A stretch of 64,000 bases of DNA. It comes from Acidobacteriota bacterium (GTDB taxonomy: Bacteria > Acidobacteriota > UBA4820 > DSQY01). Made by a program: the position numbers and the translations under genes. Below the pieces are notes generated by a model that saw only the letters and a list, made by a program, of their open reading frames with translations, ran no database searches and was not told where the DNA came from. This document shows positions 21,477 to 31,077 of this stretch, piece after piece. The stretch covers positions 78,521-142,520 of the forward strand of contig JBMFSH010000004.1 in assembly GCA_049967655.1 (NCBI GenBank), given 5' to 3'. Position 1 is the first letter of the stretch, and each line of letters starts with the position of its first letter.

Positions 21477-22412
21477 CTACCGTCCGGGCGTCCCTTCTCC
21501 CAGGGCCTCCTGAAGCAGGGAGAGGTAGCTCTCGTAGCGGCGGGGGCTGACTCGGCCCGACTGGAGGCCCCCCTTCACGGCGCACCCCGGCTCGCGGGAG
21601 TGCTGGCAGTCGGGGAAGCGGCATCCGGCACCGGCCTCGTGGATTTCCGGGAAGGCCGCTTCCACCTCGCGCCAGCCCACCCCCCAGAGCGCGAACTCCC
21701 GAATACCCGCGGTATCCACGAGGATGGTGCCGTCCCCCAGCCGGTGGGCGATGGCGCTGGAGGTGGTGTGCCGCCCCTTGCCGGTGGCTTCGCGGACCTC
21801 TCCTACCTTCTCCTCCGCCCCCGGCACAACAGCGTTGACCAGGGTGGTCTTGCCCACCCCGGAGTGTCCCACGAGGACCACCCACCGGCCCGCCACGGCG
21901 GAGAGGAAGGCGTCCAGATCGCGGCGGAGCTTGGCGGCCATGGGGAAAATCGGGTAGTTGAGCCTCCGGTAGGGCGCCAGGGTCTCATCCACGTCGGATT
22001 CCGAGAGGAGGTCCATCTTGTTCACGAGGATCGCCGCCTCGATTCCCTGGGACAGGGCCGCCACGAGATAACGGTCGAGCAGGGCCGTGTTCAGAAGCGG
22101 ATTGGGGGCGAGCATGACCGCCAGCACGTCCACGTTGGCCGCCACCACGTGTTCCGCCCCCGTGAAGGACATGCGCCGGGAGAGCTTGCTCCTCCTGGGC
22201 AGGATGGACTCAATGAGGGCCGAACCGTCAGGCTGGAGCCTGAGCGTGACCCGGTCGCCCACCGCCACCCTGTTCTTGCGCCGGCCTTCACCCAACGCAA
22301 GGCGCCCGCCGGGGAAACCCCGCCTCACTTCGGCACCGACCCAGACCCAGTGCCACTTCCCCATGGTCTGGCAGACCTGGCCCTCCACTTGCAAACTCGG
22401 CCCTCCAGGCAT
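21477..22412 (-). CDS. rsgA: Ribosome small subunit-dependent GTPase A; start uncertain (22412/22394/22388)
   Basis: VGDRV, AANVD, NKMD, GHSGVGKTT, GKGRHTT, DTAG, CRFPDCQH..EPGC. Confidence 0.93.
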   Translation of the reverse strand: MPGGPSLQVEGQVCQTMGKWHWVWVGAEVRRGFPGGRLALGEGRRKNRVAVGDRVTLRLQPDGSALIESILPRRSKLSRRMSFTGAEHVVAANVDVLAVMLAPNPLLNTALLDRYLVAALSQGIEAAILVNKMDLLSESDVDETLAPYRRLNYPIFPMAAKLRRDLDAFLSAVAGRWVVLVGHSGVGKTTLVNAVVPGAEEKVGEVREATGKGRHTTSSAIAHRLGDGTILVDTAGIREFALWGVGWREVEAAFPEIHEAGAGCRFPDCQHSREPGCAVKGGLQSGRVSPRRYESYLSLLQEALGEGTPGR

Positions 22413-22497
22413 TATAATTTGCCCCTCTTTTCCGGGGGGGCGACCGCGTATTTTAGCATGCCCGCGGGTAGACGGCATCGCGTCCGAAGGGGGTTCC

Positions 22498-23352
22498 ATG
22501 TACCGAATCACCGGCAAGAAAGTGCTCGCCACCGGAGTGGTGGAGATGACCATCGAGGCCCCTCGCGTGGCCAAGGCCCACAAGCCCGGGCAGTTCCTGA
22601 TGGTCATGAACCGGGAAGACAGCGAGCGGATCCCGCTCACCATCGCCGACTCCGATCCGGAGAAGGGCGAGGTCACCATCGTCTTCCTGGAGGTCGGCCG
22701 CTCCACGATCGAACTGGGAGAAGAGTTTCAGGTGGGAGAGGAGCTCTTCGCCGTCCTCGGCCCCCTGGGCACGCCGACCCACATGGACAAGGTGGGGACG
22801 GTGGTGGTCATCGGCGGCGGCCTGGGGGTGGCGCCCATCTACCCCATCTGCAAGGGGCTGCGCGCCGCGGGCAACCGCGTGGTCACCATCATCGGCTACA
22901 GGCGCAAGGACCTGATGTTCTGGGACGACAAGCTTGGGTCGGCTTCCGACGAGCTGATCGTCACCACCGACGACGGCTCCTTCGGCATGAAGGGGTTCGT
23001 GAGCGACGCCCTCAAGAAACTCCACGACGAGGGACGGCCCATGGACAGGGTGGTGGCCATCGGCCCGCCCATCATGATGAGGGCCGTGGCGGAAATGACC
23101 CGGCCCTGGGGGGTGCCCACCACCGTCTCCCTGAACACCATCATGATCGACGGCACCGGCATGTGCGGTGGGTGCAGGGTGGGCATCGGGGACGAAACGA
23201 AGTTTGTCTGCGTGGACGGCCCCGATTTCGACGGCCACAAGGTCCACTGGGACGAGATGTTCGCCCGAATGAAGGTTTACCAGAAGGAGGAGCGGGAGGC
23301 CATCGCCTCAAGCCCTTCCTGCCGGCTCTATTTCGAAACGCTCAAGCGGTAG
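22498..23352 (+). CDS. FAD/[2Fe-2S] subunit of NfnAB-type transhydrogenase (NfnA/SudB-like)
   Basis: ERIPLTIAD, GPLG, GGGLG.AP, DDGS.G.KG, IGPPIMM, DGTGMCGGCRV...CVDGP. Confidence 0.88.
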   Translation: MYRITGKKVLATGVVEMTIEAPRVAKAHKPGQFLMVMNREDSERIPLTIADSDPEKGEVTIVFLEVGRSTIELGEEFQVGEELFAVLGPLGTPTHMDKVGTVVVIGGGLGVAPIYPICKGLRAAGNRVVTIIGYRRKDLMFWDDKLGSASDELIVTTDDGSFGMKGFVSDALKKLHDEGRPMDRVVAIGPPIMMRAVAEMTRPWGVPTTVSLNTIMIDGTGMCGGCRVGIGDETKFVCVDGPDFDGHKVHWDEMFARMKVYQKEEREAIASSPSCRLYFETLKR

Positions 23353-23365
23353 GGGAGATGGATTC

Positions 23366-24850
23366 ATGAGCGAAACCGTTGACATCGCAGCCCTGGGCGG
23401 CGTGAAGGAGGGGGAGAAGAAGCGCCCCCGCTCCAAGGAGCCGCGCCTGGAGATCGCCTGCCAGAGCGTTGAGGCCCGCCTGAAGAACTACGACGAGGTG
23501 GCCCTGGGTTACTCGCCCGCCGAGGCCGTCGCCGAGGCCATGCGCTGCCTCGAGTGCCCCAAGCCGCGGTGCGTGGTGGCTTGTCCCGTCCATATCGACA
23601 TCCCCACTTTCATCGGCCACATCTCGAGGGGCCACTTCGTGGAGGCCGCCGAGGACATCCGGAAGTACAACAACCTGCCCGCCGTCTGCGGCCGTGTTTG
23701 CCCTCAGGAGAACCTCTGCGAGGCGGCCTGCATCATCAACGACACCAACCCGAAGAACCCCATCGCCATCGGTCGCCTCGAACGTTTTTCGGCGGATTGG
23801 CAGTTCGGCCATTCGGAGCGGCGGGCCGACTCGGTCTCCAAGGCACCGGCCACGGGCTACAAGGTGGCCGTCATCGGTTCGGGCCCCGCCGGCCTCTCCT
23901 GCTCGGCGGACCTGGCCAAGATGGGTCACACGGTCCACCTCTTCGAAGCGCTGCACAAGGCCGGCGGCGTGCTCATGTACGGCATCCCCGAATTCCGCCT
24001 CCCGAAGGCCATCGTCCAGAAGGAGGTGGAGTACGTGCAGGCCCTGGGCGTCCAGCTGGAGTGCAACGTGGTGGTGGGGCGCACCATGCCGGTTCAGGAG
24101 GTGCTGGGCGAGTTCGACGCCCTCTTCGTGGCCTCCGGCGCGGGGTACCCCAACATGATGGGCATTCCCGGGGAGAACCTGAACGGCGTCTACTCGGCCA
24201 ACGAGTTCCTCACCCGCGTGAACCTCATGAAGGCCTGGAAGCCGGGCGTGGGAACCCCCATCCGGAAGCCCCGCAGGGTGGTGGTCGTGGGGGCCGGCTT
24301 CACGGCTTTCGACGTGGTGCGCATCAGCCTTCGCCTGGGGGCCGAGGAGGCGAGGATCGTCTACCGGCGCAGCCGCGAGGAGATGCCAGGCCGGGGGGAG
24401 GAGATCGAGCACGCCCTGGAGGAGGGCGCCATCTTCACCCTTCTCACCAACCCCGTGCGCTACATCGGGGACGACAACGGCTTCGTGAAAGCGGTGGAGG
24501 TGCAGAAGATGGAGCTCGGCGAGCCGGACTCCTCCGGGCGCCGTCGCCCCGTCCCCGTTCCGGATAGCAACTACATCATCGAATGCGACACGGTCGTGGT
24601 CTCCATCGGCCAGACCCCCAACGTGCTCATCCCCTCCAATCTGCCGGGGCTAGCCACGCGCTGGGGCTCGGTCATCAAGGTCAACCGTGAGACCTACATG
24701 AGCACGGTGCCGAAGGTCTTCGCGGGAGGCGACGCCATCACCGGGGCGGCCACCGTGATCCTGGCCACGCGGGCGGGCAGGGAGGCCGCGCGTTCCATCG
24801 ACCGTTACGTCCGCGACCCGAACCGCGGTTGGTACCCGCCGGCGGTCTGA
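23366..24850 (+). CDS. GltD-like FAD/2[4Fe-4S] subunit (NfnB/SudA-like)
   Basis: RCLECPKPRCVVACPV, CGRVCPQE..CE..C, GSGPAG, YGIPEFRLPK, FAGGD. Confidence 0.88.
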   Translation: MSETVDIAALGGVKEGEKKRPRSKEPRLEIACQSVEARLKNYDEVALGYSPAEAVAEAMRCLECPKPRCVVACPVHIDIPTFIGHISRGHFVEAAEDIRKYNNLPAVCGRVCPQENLCEAACIINDTNPKNPIAIGRLERFSADWQFGHSERRADSVSKAPATGYKVAVIGSGPAGLSCSADLAKMGHTVHLFEALHKAGGVLMYGIPEFRLPKAIVQKEVEYVQALGVQLECNVVVGRTMPVQEVLGEFDALFVASGAGYPNMMGIPGENLNGVYSANEFLTRVNLMKAWKPGVGTPIRKPRRVVVVGAGFTAFDVVRISLRLGAEEARIVYRRSREEMPGRGEEIEHALEEGAIFTLLTNPVRYIGDDNGFVKAVEVQKMELGEPDSSGRRRPVPVPDSNYIIECDTVVVSIGQTPNVLIPSNLPGLATRWGSVIKVNRETYMSTVPKVFAGGDAITGAATVILATRAGREAARSIDRYVRDPNRGWYPPAV

Positions 24851-24863
24851 GAGAGGGGGAACC

Positions 24864-25649
24864 ATGGATCTGAAGAACGTGTTCGAGAGCTACCTGAACG
24901 CCCCCTACACCGAGAGCCTCGCCAAGGACTTCGAGGCGGCCGTCGCGGCCCTGGGCCAGGAGCCGCTTCCCGTGGGCAGCCTTCAGGAGGCCCTTCAAAC
25001 CATCATTCCGGCCCGCGGACACATGGCCTTCGCACGGAAAGCGGGGCTTTTCCTCTCCGCCGTCCGCCGGCGCCTGCCCTCCGACCAAACCCTCGATCTC
25101 TCCGGGCTAGAGGAGGTGCTGCTCGACTGCGTGGGCGTCTTCGGCCGCAACTTCGATTTGACCGTCAAGGGGCACCTCGGCGCCTTCACCGGAGCCTACA
25201 TGGAGTCCGGCGTCCTGACGGTGGAGGGCGACACGGGCGACCAGGCCGGCGCCGGGATGAAGGGTGGAACCCTCCACGTGAAGGGCCTGGCCGAGAACAA
25301 CCTGGGCCATTCCATGGTGGGCGGCGAAATCCTGGTGGAGCGCAACGCCTACGACCTTATCGGGAACTCCATGGTGGGCGGGCGCATCGTGGTCCGGGGC
25401 AACGCGGGCTACTCCGCAGGCTACCGCATGATGGGGGGCGTGATCGACATCCGGGACCTCACGTGGGATCAGGCCGGCGAAGAGATGGTGGGCGGGCGCA
25501 TCCAGATCGGGGGCCACATCGGACGCGAGCTGGGGCTCGCCATGGCCGGCGGCGAACTGGCCCTCAACGAGAAGAACGAGGGCGCCCAGCGGACCAAGGC
25601 GAGCGGAGGCAAGCTGGTGATCCTCAAAAAGGGCAAGAAGACGGCTTAA
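24864..25649 (+). CDS. GXGXG beta-helix protein (GltB C-terminal/FwdC-like)
   Basis: Repeated G..M.GG.I.V.G units in the C-terminal two thirds. Confidence 0.75.
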   Translation: MDLKNVFESYLNAPYTESLAKDFEAAVAALGQEPLPVGSLQEALQTIIPARGHMAFARKAGLFLSAVRRRLPSDQTLDLSGLEEVLLDCVGVFGRNFDLTVKGHLGAFTGAYMESGVLTVEGDTGDQAGAGMKGGTLHVKGLAENNLGHSMVGGEILVERNAYDLIGNSMVGGRIVVRGNAGYSAGYRMMGGVIDIRDLTWDQAGEEMVGGRIQIGGHIGRELGLAMAGGELALNEKNEGAQRTKASGGKLVILKKGKKTA

Positions 25650-25672
25650 GGTCGGGAGAGCGTAAATTCCCC

Positions 25673-25744
25673 AGGGGGAGGACCGTCCGTTACCTCCGGG
25701 TCTCCGTCACCGACCGCTGCGACCTCCGGTGTAGTTACTGCCTC
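25673..25744 (+). pseudogene. Remnant of moaA (GTP 3',8-cyclase) N-terminus
   Basis: Reads GRTVRYLRVSVTDRCDLRCSYC (MoaA radical-SAM CxxxCxxC context). No start or RBS, and the similarity stops right after the motif. Confidence 0.7.
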
Positions 25745-25766
25745 CACGCCTCCGCCAGGAGCTGGC

Positions 25767-26144
25767 TCAATAGGATTGCCTGGCTGGGATGACCCCGCGG
25801 ACCCCGCCCCTGGGGTTGGCCACGTCCCCCTTGTACCGCGGAATGAGGTGCACGTGGACGTGCCAGACGGTCTGGCCGGCGCAGGCGCCCACGTTGACCC
25901 CCAGATTGTATCCCTGCGGAGAAAAACGCAGATCCAACAGAGTCTTCGCCTCCTCCATCAAGTCCATGAGCGCCCGTTTCTCCTCCCACGTGGTCTCAAA
26001 GAAATCCGACACGTGGCGGTTCGGTATCAGTAGGAGATGGCCCGGGTTCACCGGAGAGGTGTCGAACCGGGCGTAGGCCAGCTCATTGCGGAGGAGGGCA
26101 TCCCTGGCATCGCAGAACGGGCACGGCCGCGCACCTTCCATCAT
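25767..26144 (-). CDS. HIT family nucleotide hydrolase
   Basis: CPFC, PGH.L.IP.RH, AGQTVWHVHVHLIPR. Confidence 0.9.
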   Translation of the reverse strand: MMEGARPCPFCDARDALLRNELAYARFDTSPVNPGHLLLIPNRHVSDFFETTWEEKRALMDLMEEAKTLLDLRFSPQGYNLGVNVGACAGQTVWHVHVHLIPRYKGDVANPRGGVRGVIPARQSY

Positions 26145-26376
26145 GGCCTCTCCTTTCGGCGGGTCCGTCCCGCCATTGCGCCTATTCAGATGGCCGCCCA
26201 GGGCGGGTGCAGAGATGAACGACGGCCCCCCTTCGCACCCGCGAGCCCGAAGGGCTGGGACACATCAGGGCGGGCCGACCCGGGGTAGCGCCATCTCCAG
26301 CAGAAGATAGGCAGGCCGTAACGGGAATGCAACCGCCGGCTGATTCCTCCTGGCACCTCCTCGCTTCCTCCTCCCA

Positions 26377-26393
26377 TTGGCACCCGTCTTGCT
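26377..26393 (+). promoter_or_regulatory. sigma-54 (-24/-12) promoter of the regulator-degP operon
   Basis: TTGGCACCCGTCTTGCT, GG-N10-GC spacing, 35 nt before the ATG. Confidence 0.75.
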
Positions 26394-26428
26394 TTTGAGA
26401 TATTCTCGCGGATAGGAGGTGTGCCAAA

Positions 26429-27847
26429 ATGGCCTTGGGTTCGATTCTGATTCTCGAAGACGAGGAAGAAAATCTTCGAAGCCTGACCCGGGCCCTGGAG
26501 AAGGTGGGCTATGAGGTGCACCCGTTCCAGCGTTCCGACGAAGGCATGGCTTACTTCAAGACCCACGATTCCGTGGATCTGGTCCTGACCGACCTCAGGA
26601 TGCCGGGCATGGACGGCATGGAGGTGCTCCGCCAGGTGAAGCAGTCGGAGAACTCGGTGGGTGTGCTCCTCATCACCGCCTTCGGCTCCGTCGAATCCGC
26701 GGTGCAGGCCATGAAGGTCGGCGCCGACGACTACCTGGCCAAACCCGTCGACCTCTACGAGCTGAGGAGGCGGGTGCAGGCCCTCGTGGAGAAGCGCCGC
26801 CTGAAGGTCGAGGTGGACGAGCTGAAGGCGAGGCTGGACGAGCGGTTCGGCTTCGAGAACATCGTCGGCAACTCGGACCCCATGCGCGAGGTCTTCCAGC
26901 AGATCCGGATGGTCGCCCCCACGCGTGCCACGGTCTTCATCCAGGGCGAGTCGGGAACGGGCAAGGAGCTCATCGCCAACGCCATTCACCAAAACTCCGA
27001 GCGCAAGCGGAACCGGTTTCTTCCCATCAACTGCGCCGCCATCCCGGCCAACCTCATCGAGAGCGAGCTCTTCGGTCACGAGAAGGGCTCCTTCACGGGG
27101 GCCGACAAGGCCCACGCCGGCAAGTTCGAACAGGCCAACGGCGGCACCCTCTTTCTCGACGAGATCGGCGAGCTCTCCCTGGACCTCCAGGCCAAGCTGC
27201 TCCGCGTCCTGGAGGAGCGCGTGGTCACCCGCGTCGGGGGGACTCAGCCCATTTCCGTGGACGTCCGGTTCATCACCGCCACCCACCGGGACCTCACCAA
27301 GATGGTCCAGGAGTCGAAGTTCCGCGAGGACCTCTTCTACCGGCTGAAGGTGGTCGAGATCGTGATCCCGCCGCTGAGGGAGCGGCTGGACGATATCCCC
27401 CTCCTCGCCCACTCCTTCATGGCACACTTCAACCGCGAACACGGCAAGAACATTTCGAGCATTCATCCCGAAGTCCTGCGGGCCCTGGGGAACTACTCCT
27501 GGCCCGGGAACGTTCGGGAGCTGAAGAACGTCGTGGAACGCATGGTCATCTTCGGCACGGGGGAGGAGTTGCTCCCGCGCCACCTCCCGCCCGAGCTCAA
27601 GGCGGGCCCCGATGCCGGTCCCATAGGGCCACCTCTGTCGTCCATCCCGGGACGCCGTGCCTTTGCGGAGCCAGGGCGGCCGGTCCAGGCCTTGGACGAA
27701 CTGGAAAAACAGGCCATACTAAGGGCTCTCGACCAGACGCACGGCAACAAAACACAGGCCGCGCGCGTATTAGGGATCGGCATCCGGACTCTGCACCGGA
27801 AGCTCAAGCAATACCTCGTTGAGGAACAGGAAAGGAGCATTCAATGA
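26429..27847 (+). CDS. sigma-54-dependent response regulator (NtrC/AtoC/ZraR family)
   Basis: Receiver ([11 protein letters not shown]), AAA+ ([39 protein letters not shown]) and Fis-type HTH. Confidence 0.93.
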   Translation: MALGSILILEDEEENLRSLTRALEKVGYEVHPFQRSDEGMAYFKTHDSVDLVLTDLRMPGMDGMEVLRQVKQSENSVGVLLITAFGSVESAVQAMKVGADDYLAKPVDLYELRRRVQALVEKRRLKVEVDELKARLDERFGFENIVGNSDPMREVFQQIRMVAPTRATVFIQGESGTGKELIANAIHQNSERKRNRFLPINCAAIPANLIESELFGHEKGSFTGADKAHAGKFEQANGGTLFLDEIGELSLDLQAKLLRVLEERVVTRVGGTQPISVDVRFITATHRDLTKMVQESKFREDLFYRLKVVEIVIPPLRERLDDIPLLAHSFMAHFNREHGKNISSIHPEVLRALGNYSWPGNVRELKNVVERMVIFGTGEELLPRHLPPELKAGPDAGPIGPPLSSIPGRRAFAEPGRPVQALDELEKQAILRALDQTHGNKTQAARVLGIGIRTLHRKLKQYLVEEQERSIQ

Positions 27848-29361
27848 AGATAGCAAAAACGTTGATGTTCGCAGCCGCTGGGAGCCTGTTGATCCTCATG
27901 GGCTTCGGACTGGCTCAACTGAGGAACGTCAGCGCACCCACCGCCAAGGCCGTTACGAACGCAGCCGCCGTCAGCGCCACTCAGGCCGCCACCAACGCCA
28001 TGGGGCTGCCGAGCTTCGCCGACATCGCCGCCAAGGTGAATCCGGCGGTGGTCAGCATCACGGCCATCTCCGTGGAAAAGAGCCAGGGGATGGGCAACAT
28101 GCCCCAGCAGTTCATGGGCCCCTTCGAGTTCTTCTTCGGAAACCCCCACCAGCAAGGGCCCCAGGGGCAACCTCCCGTGCAGGAGGCCGGCGGCAGCGGC
28201 TTCATCATCAGCCCGGACGGCTACATCCTCACCAACAACCACGTGGTGGACGACGCCACCAAAGTGACGGTGACCTTGGATGACGGGCGCACCTTCGACG
28301 CCAAGATCGTGGGCCGGGACAAGGAGACGGACGTGGCCCTCCTCAAGATCGACGCCACCAATCTGCCCACCGTCCCCCTCGGCGATTCGAGCGCCATGCG
28401 ACCAGGCGACTGGGTCATGGCCATCGGCAATCCCCTCATGTACAGCCATACCGTCACGGTGGGCGTGATCTCCGCCAAGGGCCGCCGCATCTCCTCCAAC
28501 TCCCTGGATGACTTCCTCCAGACCGACGCGGCCATCAACTTCGGCAACTCGGGTGGTCCCCTCGTCAACGTCCAGGGCCAAGTCATCGGCATCAATACCG
28601 CCATCACCCGCAGCGATTATATGGGCCGGATGGTGGAGGGCATAGGCTTCGCCATCCCCATCAACATGGTCAAGGGCGAGTTGGAGCAACTCAAGACCAC
28701 GGGCAAGGTGGAGCGCGGCTACTTGGGCGTGCGCGTCAGCGCCGTGGACCAGGACGCCAGGGATTACTTCAAAAAAGCCTACGGCCTCGACCTGAAGGGC
28801 GGTGCTCTGGTCCAGAGCGTGGACGACGGCACGCCCGCCGCCAAGGCCGGCATGCAGAAGGGTGACATCATCGTCTCCGTGAACGGAGAGCCCATCAAGG
28901 ACAGCATGGAGCTGACCCACAAGGTCGCCGGCTATCCGCCCGGGAAGACCATCACCCTGGAGGCTTACAAGGACGGCAAGAAGAAGGAGTACCGGGTGAC
29001 CCTGGGCAACCGCGCCAAGGCGCTGGCCGGCCAGGAGTCGGGCGGAGAGAGCCAGGGCGAGAAACCCGCCAAGGACGTGCTGGGCATCCAGGTGCAGAAC
29101 CTCACCCAGGACAATCGGATGGCCTACCGGATCCCGCAGGACGTCCAGGGCGTGGTGGTGGTCGGGGTGGATCCCTCATCCAACGCCTTCACCAAGGACA
29201 TCCGTGAGGGAGCGGTCATCTCCGAGGTGAACGGCCACATGGTCAACAACGTGGAGGACTACCGGAAGGCCATCGCCAACATTAAGAAGGGCGACCCCGT
29301 TTCGGTCTACCTCCAGGACGGCCAGGGCGGCGGCTTCTACGTCTACTTCCTCGCCGGCTGA
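27844..29361 (+). CDS. degP: HtrA/DegP (Do) family serine protease with two PDZ domains
   Basis: [37 protein letters not shown] overlap with the regulator. Confidence 0.9.
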   Translation: MKIAKTLMFAAAGSLLILMGFGLAQLRNVSAPTAKAVTNAAAVSATQAATNAMGLPSFADIAAKVNPAVVSITAISVEKSQGMGNMPQQFMGPFEFFFGNPHQQGPQGQPPVQEAGGSGFIISPDGYILTNNHVVDDATKVTVTLDDGRTFDAKIVGRDKETDVALLKIDATNLPTVPLGDSSAMRPGDWVMAIGNPLMYSHTVTVGVISAKGRRISSNSLDDFLQTDAAINFGNSGGPLVNVQGQVIGINTAITRSDYMGRMVEGIGFAIPINMVKGELEQLKTTGKVERGYLGVRVSAVDQDARDYFKKAYGLDLKGGALVQSVDDGTPAAKAGMQKGDIIVSVNGEPIKDSMELTHKVAGYPPGKTITLEAYKDGKKKEYRVTLGNRAKALAGQESGGESQGEKPAKDVLGIQVQNLTQDNRMAYRIPQDVQGVVVVGVDPSSNAFTKDIREGAVISEVNGHMVNNVEDYRKAIANIKKGDPVSVYLQDGQGGGFYVYFLAG

Positions 29362-29380
29362 GGCGAAACAAAACCAGGCC

Positions 29381-29417
29381 AAAGCGGCGCGCCATTTTGG
29401 CGCGCCGCTTTTCTTTT
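29381..29417 (+). terminator. Rho-independent terminator
   Basis: AAAGCGGCGCGCCA-TTT-TGGCGCGCCGCTTT followed by TCTTTT. Confidence 0.8.
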
Positions 29418-29568
29418 GGGGAGGCTCCCTATCCGCGCAGAGTGCTCCATTGCTTGATTTTTCCACCACCCTTGCCTATAATCCGGCAACCGGTGGTCCT
29501 GGGCATCGCCGCGCTGGACGGGAGACCGGAGTCCGGCGATCGGAGAGCCTCTCGGCCCGCCTCCTCCA

Positions 29569-31077
29569 ATGGGGAACCCCGTGGAAGACGAACTGATCGC
29601 GCAACGACGAACCAAGCTGTCCCAATGGCCGGAGGCGTTTCCCGGGTGCTGCCCGATCCGATTCGAGACCGACCGGTCGCTGGCCGGCATCCTCTCGGAC
29701 CACGGGGAGGAAAGCGCCGAGGCCCTCGCCCAGAAGGCGCCATCGGTAAAGACCGCCGGGCGCCTGCTCACGCTGAGGAAAATGGGCAAGCTCGCCTTCG
29801 GCCATGTCAGCGAGGGTGGTGCCCGGCTCCAGGTCCTCTTCGAGCGCCAGAGGCTGGGCGAGGCCTACGGCCACCTGTCCCTGCTGGACCTCGGAGACTG
29901 GATCGGCGTGGAGGGGACCCTCTTCCGCACCAAAACCGGCGAGCTGACCGTCGCCGTCGACCGGTATCTGCCCCTCCAGAAGTGCCTCCACCCCCTGCCG
30001 GAGAAGTGGCACGGCCTCTCCGACGTGGAACTGCGTTACCGCCAGAGGCACCTCGATCTGATCGTGAACGCCGACAGCCTGCCGCGCTTCCTGGTGCGCT
30101 CCCGCATGATCGCCTCTCTGCGCCGTTTCATGGGAGACGAGAGCTTCGAGGAGGTGGAGACCCCCATGCTCCACCCCATCGCCGGCGGGGCCGCGGCCCG
30201 GCCCTTCGTCACGCACCACAACGCCCTCGACCGCCAGCTCTACCTGAGGATTGCCCCTGAGCTCTACCTCAAGCGCCTGGTGGTGGGAGGCCTCCCTCGG
30301 GTCTTCGAGATCAACCGCAACTTCAGGAACGAGGGGATTGACACCACGCACAACCCCGAGTTCACCATGATGGAGTTCTACAGGGCCTACGCCAGCGCCT
30401 CCGATCTGATGGCCTTCACCGAACGAATGCTGGCCGCGGTGGCGGGAGAGGTCCTGGGGACCACGGAGATCACCTACCAGGGGCGGTCCCTCTCCTTCGC
30501 CGCGCCCTTCCGCCGCATCTCGCTCAGGCCCGCCGCGAGGGCCGCTCTGGCCGAAAAGGGCGTCCCTGAGGGCGCCTGGCTGACACCCGAAGGCCGGAGC
30601 GAGTGGGCCCCCAAGCTGGGGATGAGCCCGGCCAAGGCCCAGACCCCCGAACGCTTCCTCGTGGAGGCATTCGAGACCCTGATCCAGCCCGCGATTGAGC
30701 AGCCCACCTTCGTGCACGACTATCCGCTGGAGGTCTCGCCCCTCTCCCGGCGGCTTCCCGGCTCGGAGGACACGGTGGACCGCTTCGAGCTGTTCGTGGC
30801 GGGGATGGAGCTGGCCAACGGCTTCTCCGAATTGAACGAGCCCGAGGACCAGAGGGCCCGATTCAGGGAGCAGGTGCGCGAGAAGGCCCAGGGCAATGAC
30901 GAGGCCATGCCCTATGACGAGGACTACTGCCAGGCCCTGGAGTACGGGCTGCCGCCCACCGCCGGCGAGGGGCTGGGCATCGACCGGCTGGCCATGCTCC
31001 TGACGGACACCGCCTCCATCCGAGACGTGGTCTTCTTCCCCCTGCTCAAGGCGCTGCCCTCGGGCGCTGGATCATGA
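29569..31077 (+). CDS. lysS: Lysine--tRNA ligase (class II)
   Basis: RYRQRHLDL, GGAAARPF.THHN, LRIAPELYLKRL, FRNEG, YGLPPTAG.G.GIDRL. TATAAT at 29477-29482. Confidence 0.96.
   Translation: MGNPVEDELIAQRRTKLSQWPEAFPGCCPIRFETDRSLAGILSDHGEESAEALAQKAPSVKTAGRLLTLRKMGKLAFGHVSEGGARLQVLFERQRLGEAYGHLSLLDLGDWIGVEGTLFRTKTGELTVAVDRYLPLQKCLHPLPEKWHGLSDVELRYRQRHLDLIVNADSLPRFLVRSRMIASLRRFMGDESFEEVETPMLHPIAGGAAARPFVTHHNALDRQLYLRIAPELYLKRLVVGGLPRVFEINRNFRNEGIDTTHNPEFTMMEFYRAYASASDLMAFTERMLAAVAGEVLGTTEITYQGRSLSFAAPFRRISLRPAARAALAEKGVPEGAWLTPEGRSEWAPKLGMSPAKAQTPERFLVEAFETLIQPAIEQPTFVHDYPLEVSPLSRRLPGSEDTVDRFELFVAGMELANGFSELNEPEDQRARFREQVREKAQGNDEAMPYDEDYCQALEYGLPPTAGEGLGIDRLAMLLTDTASIRDVVFFPLLKALPSGAGS

Noticed and set aside
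26344..26375. Third CU-rich sRNA (three CCTCC motifs) and a second TGGCAC box at 26351
   Set aside because: GG-to-GC spacing is 9 rather than 10, there is no upstream -24/-12 box, and no terminator hairpin follows.
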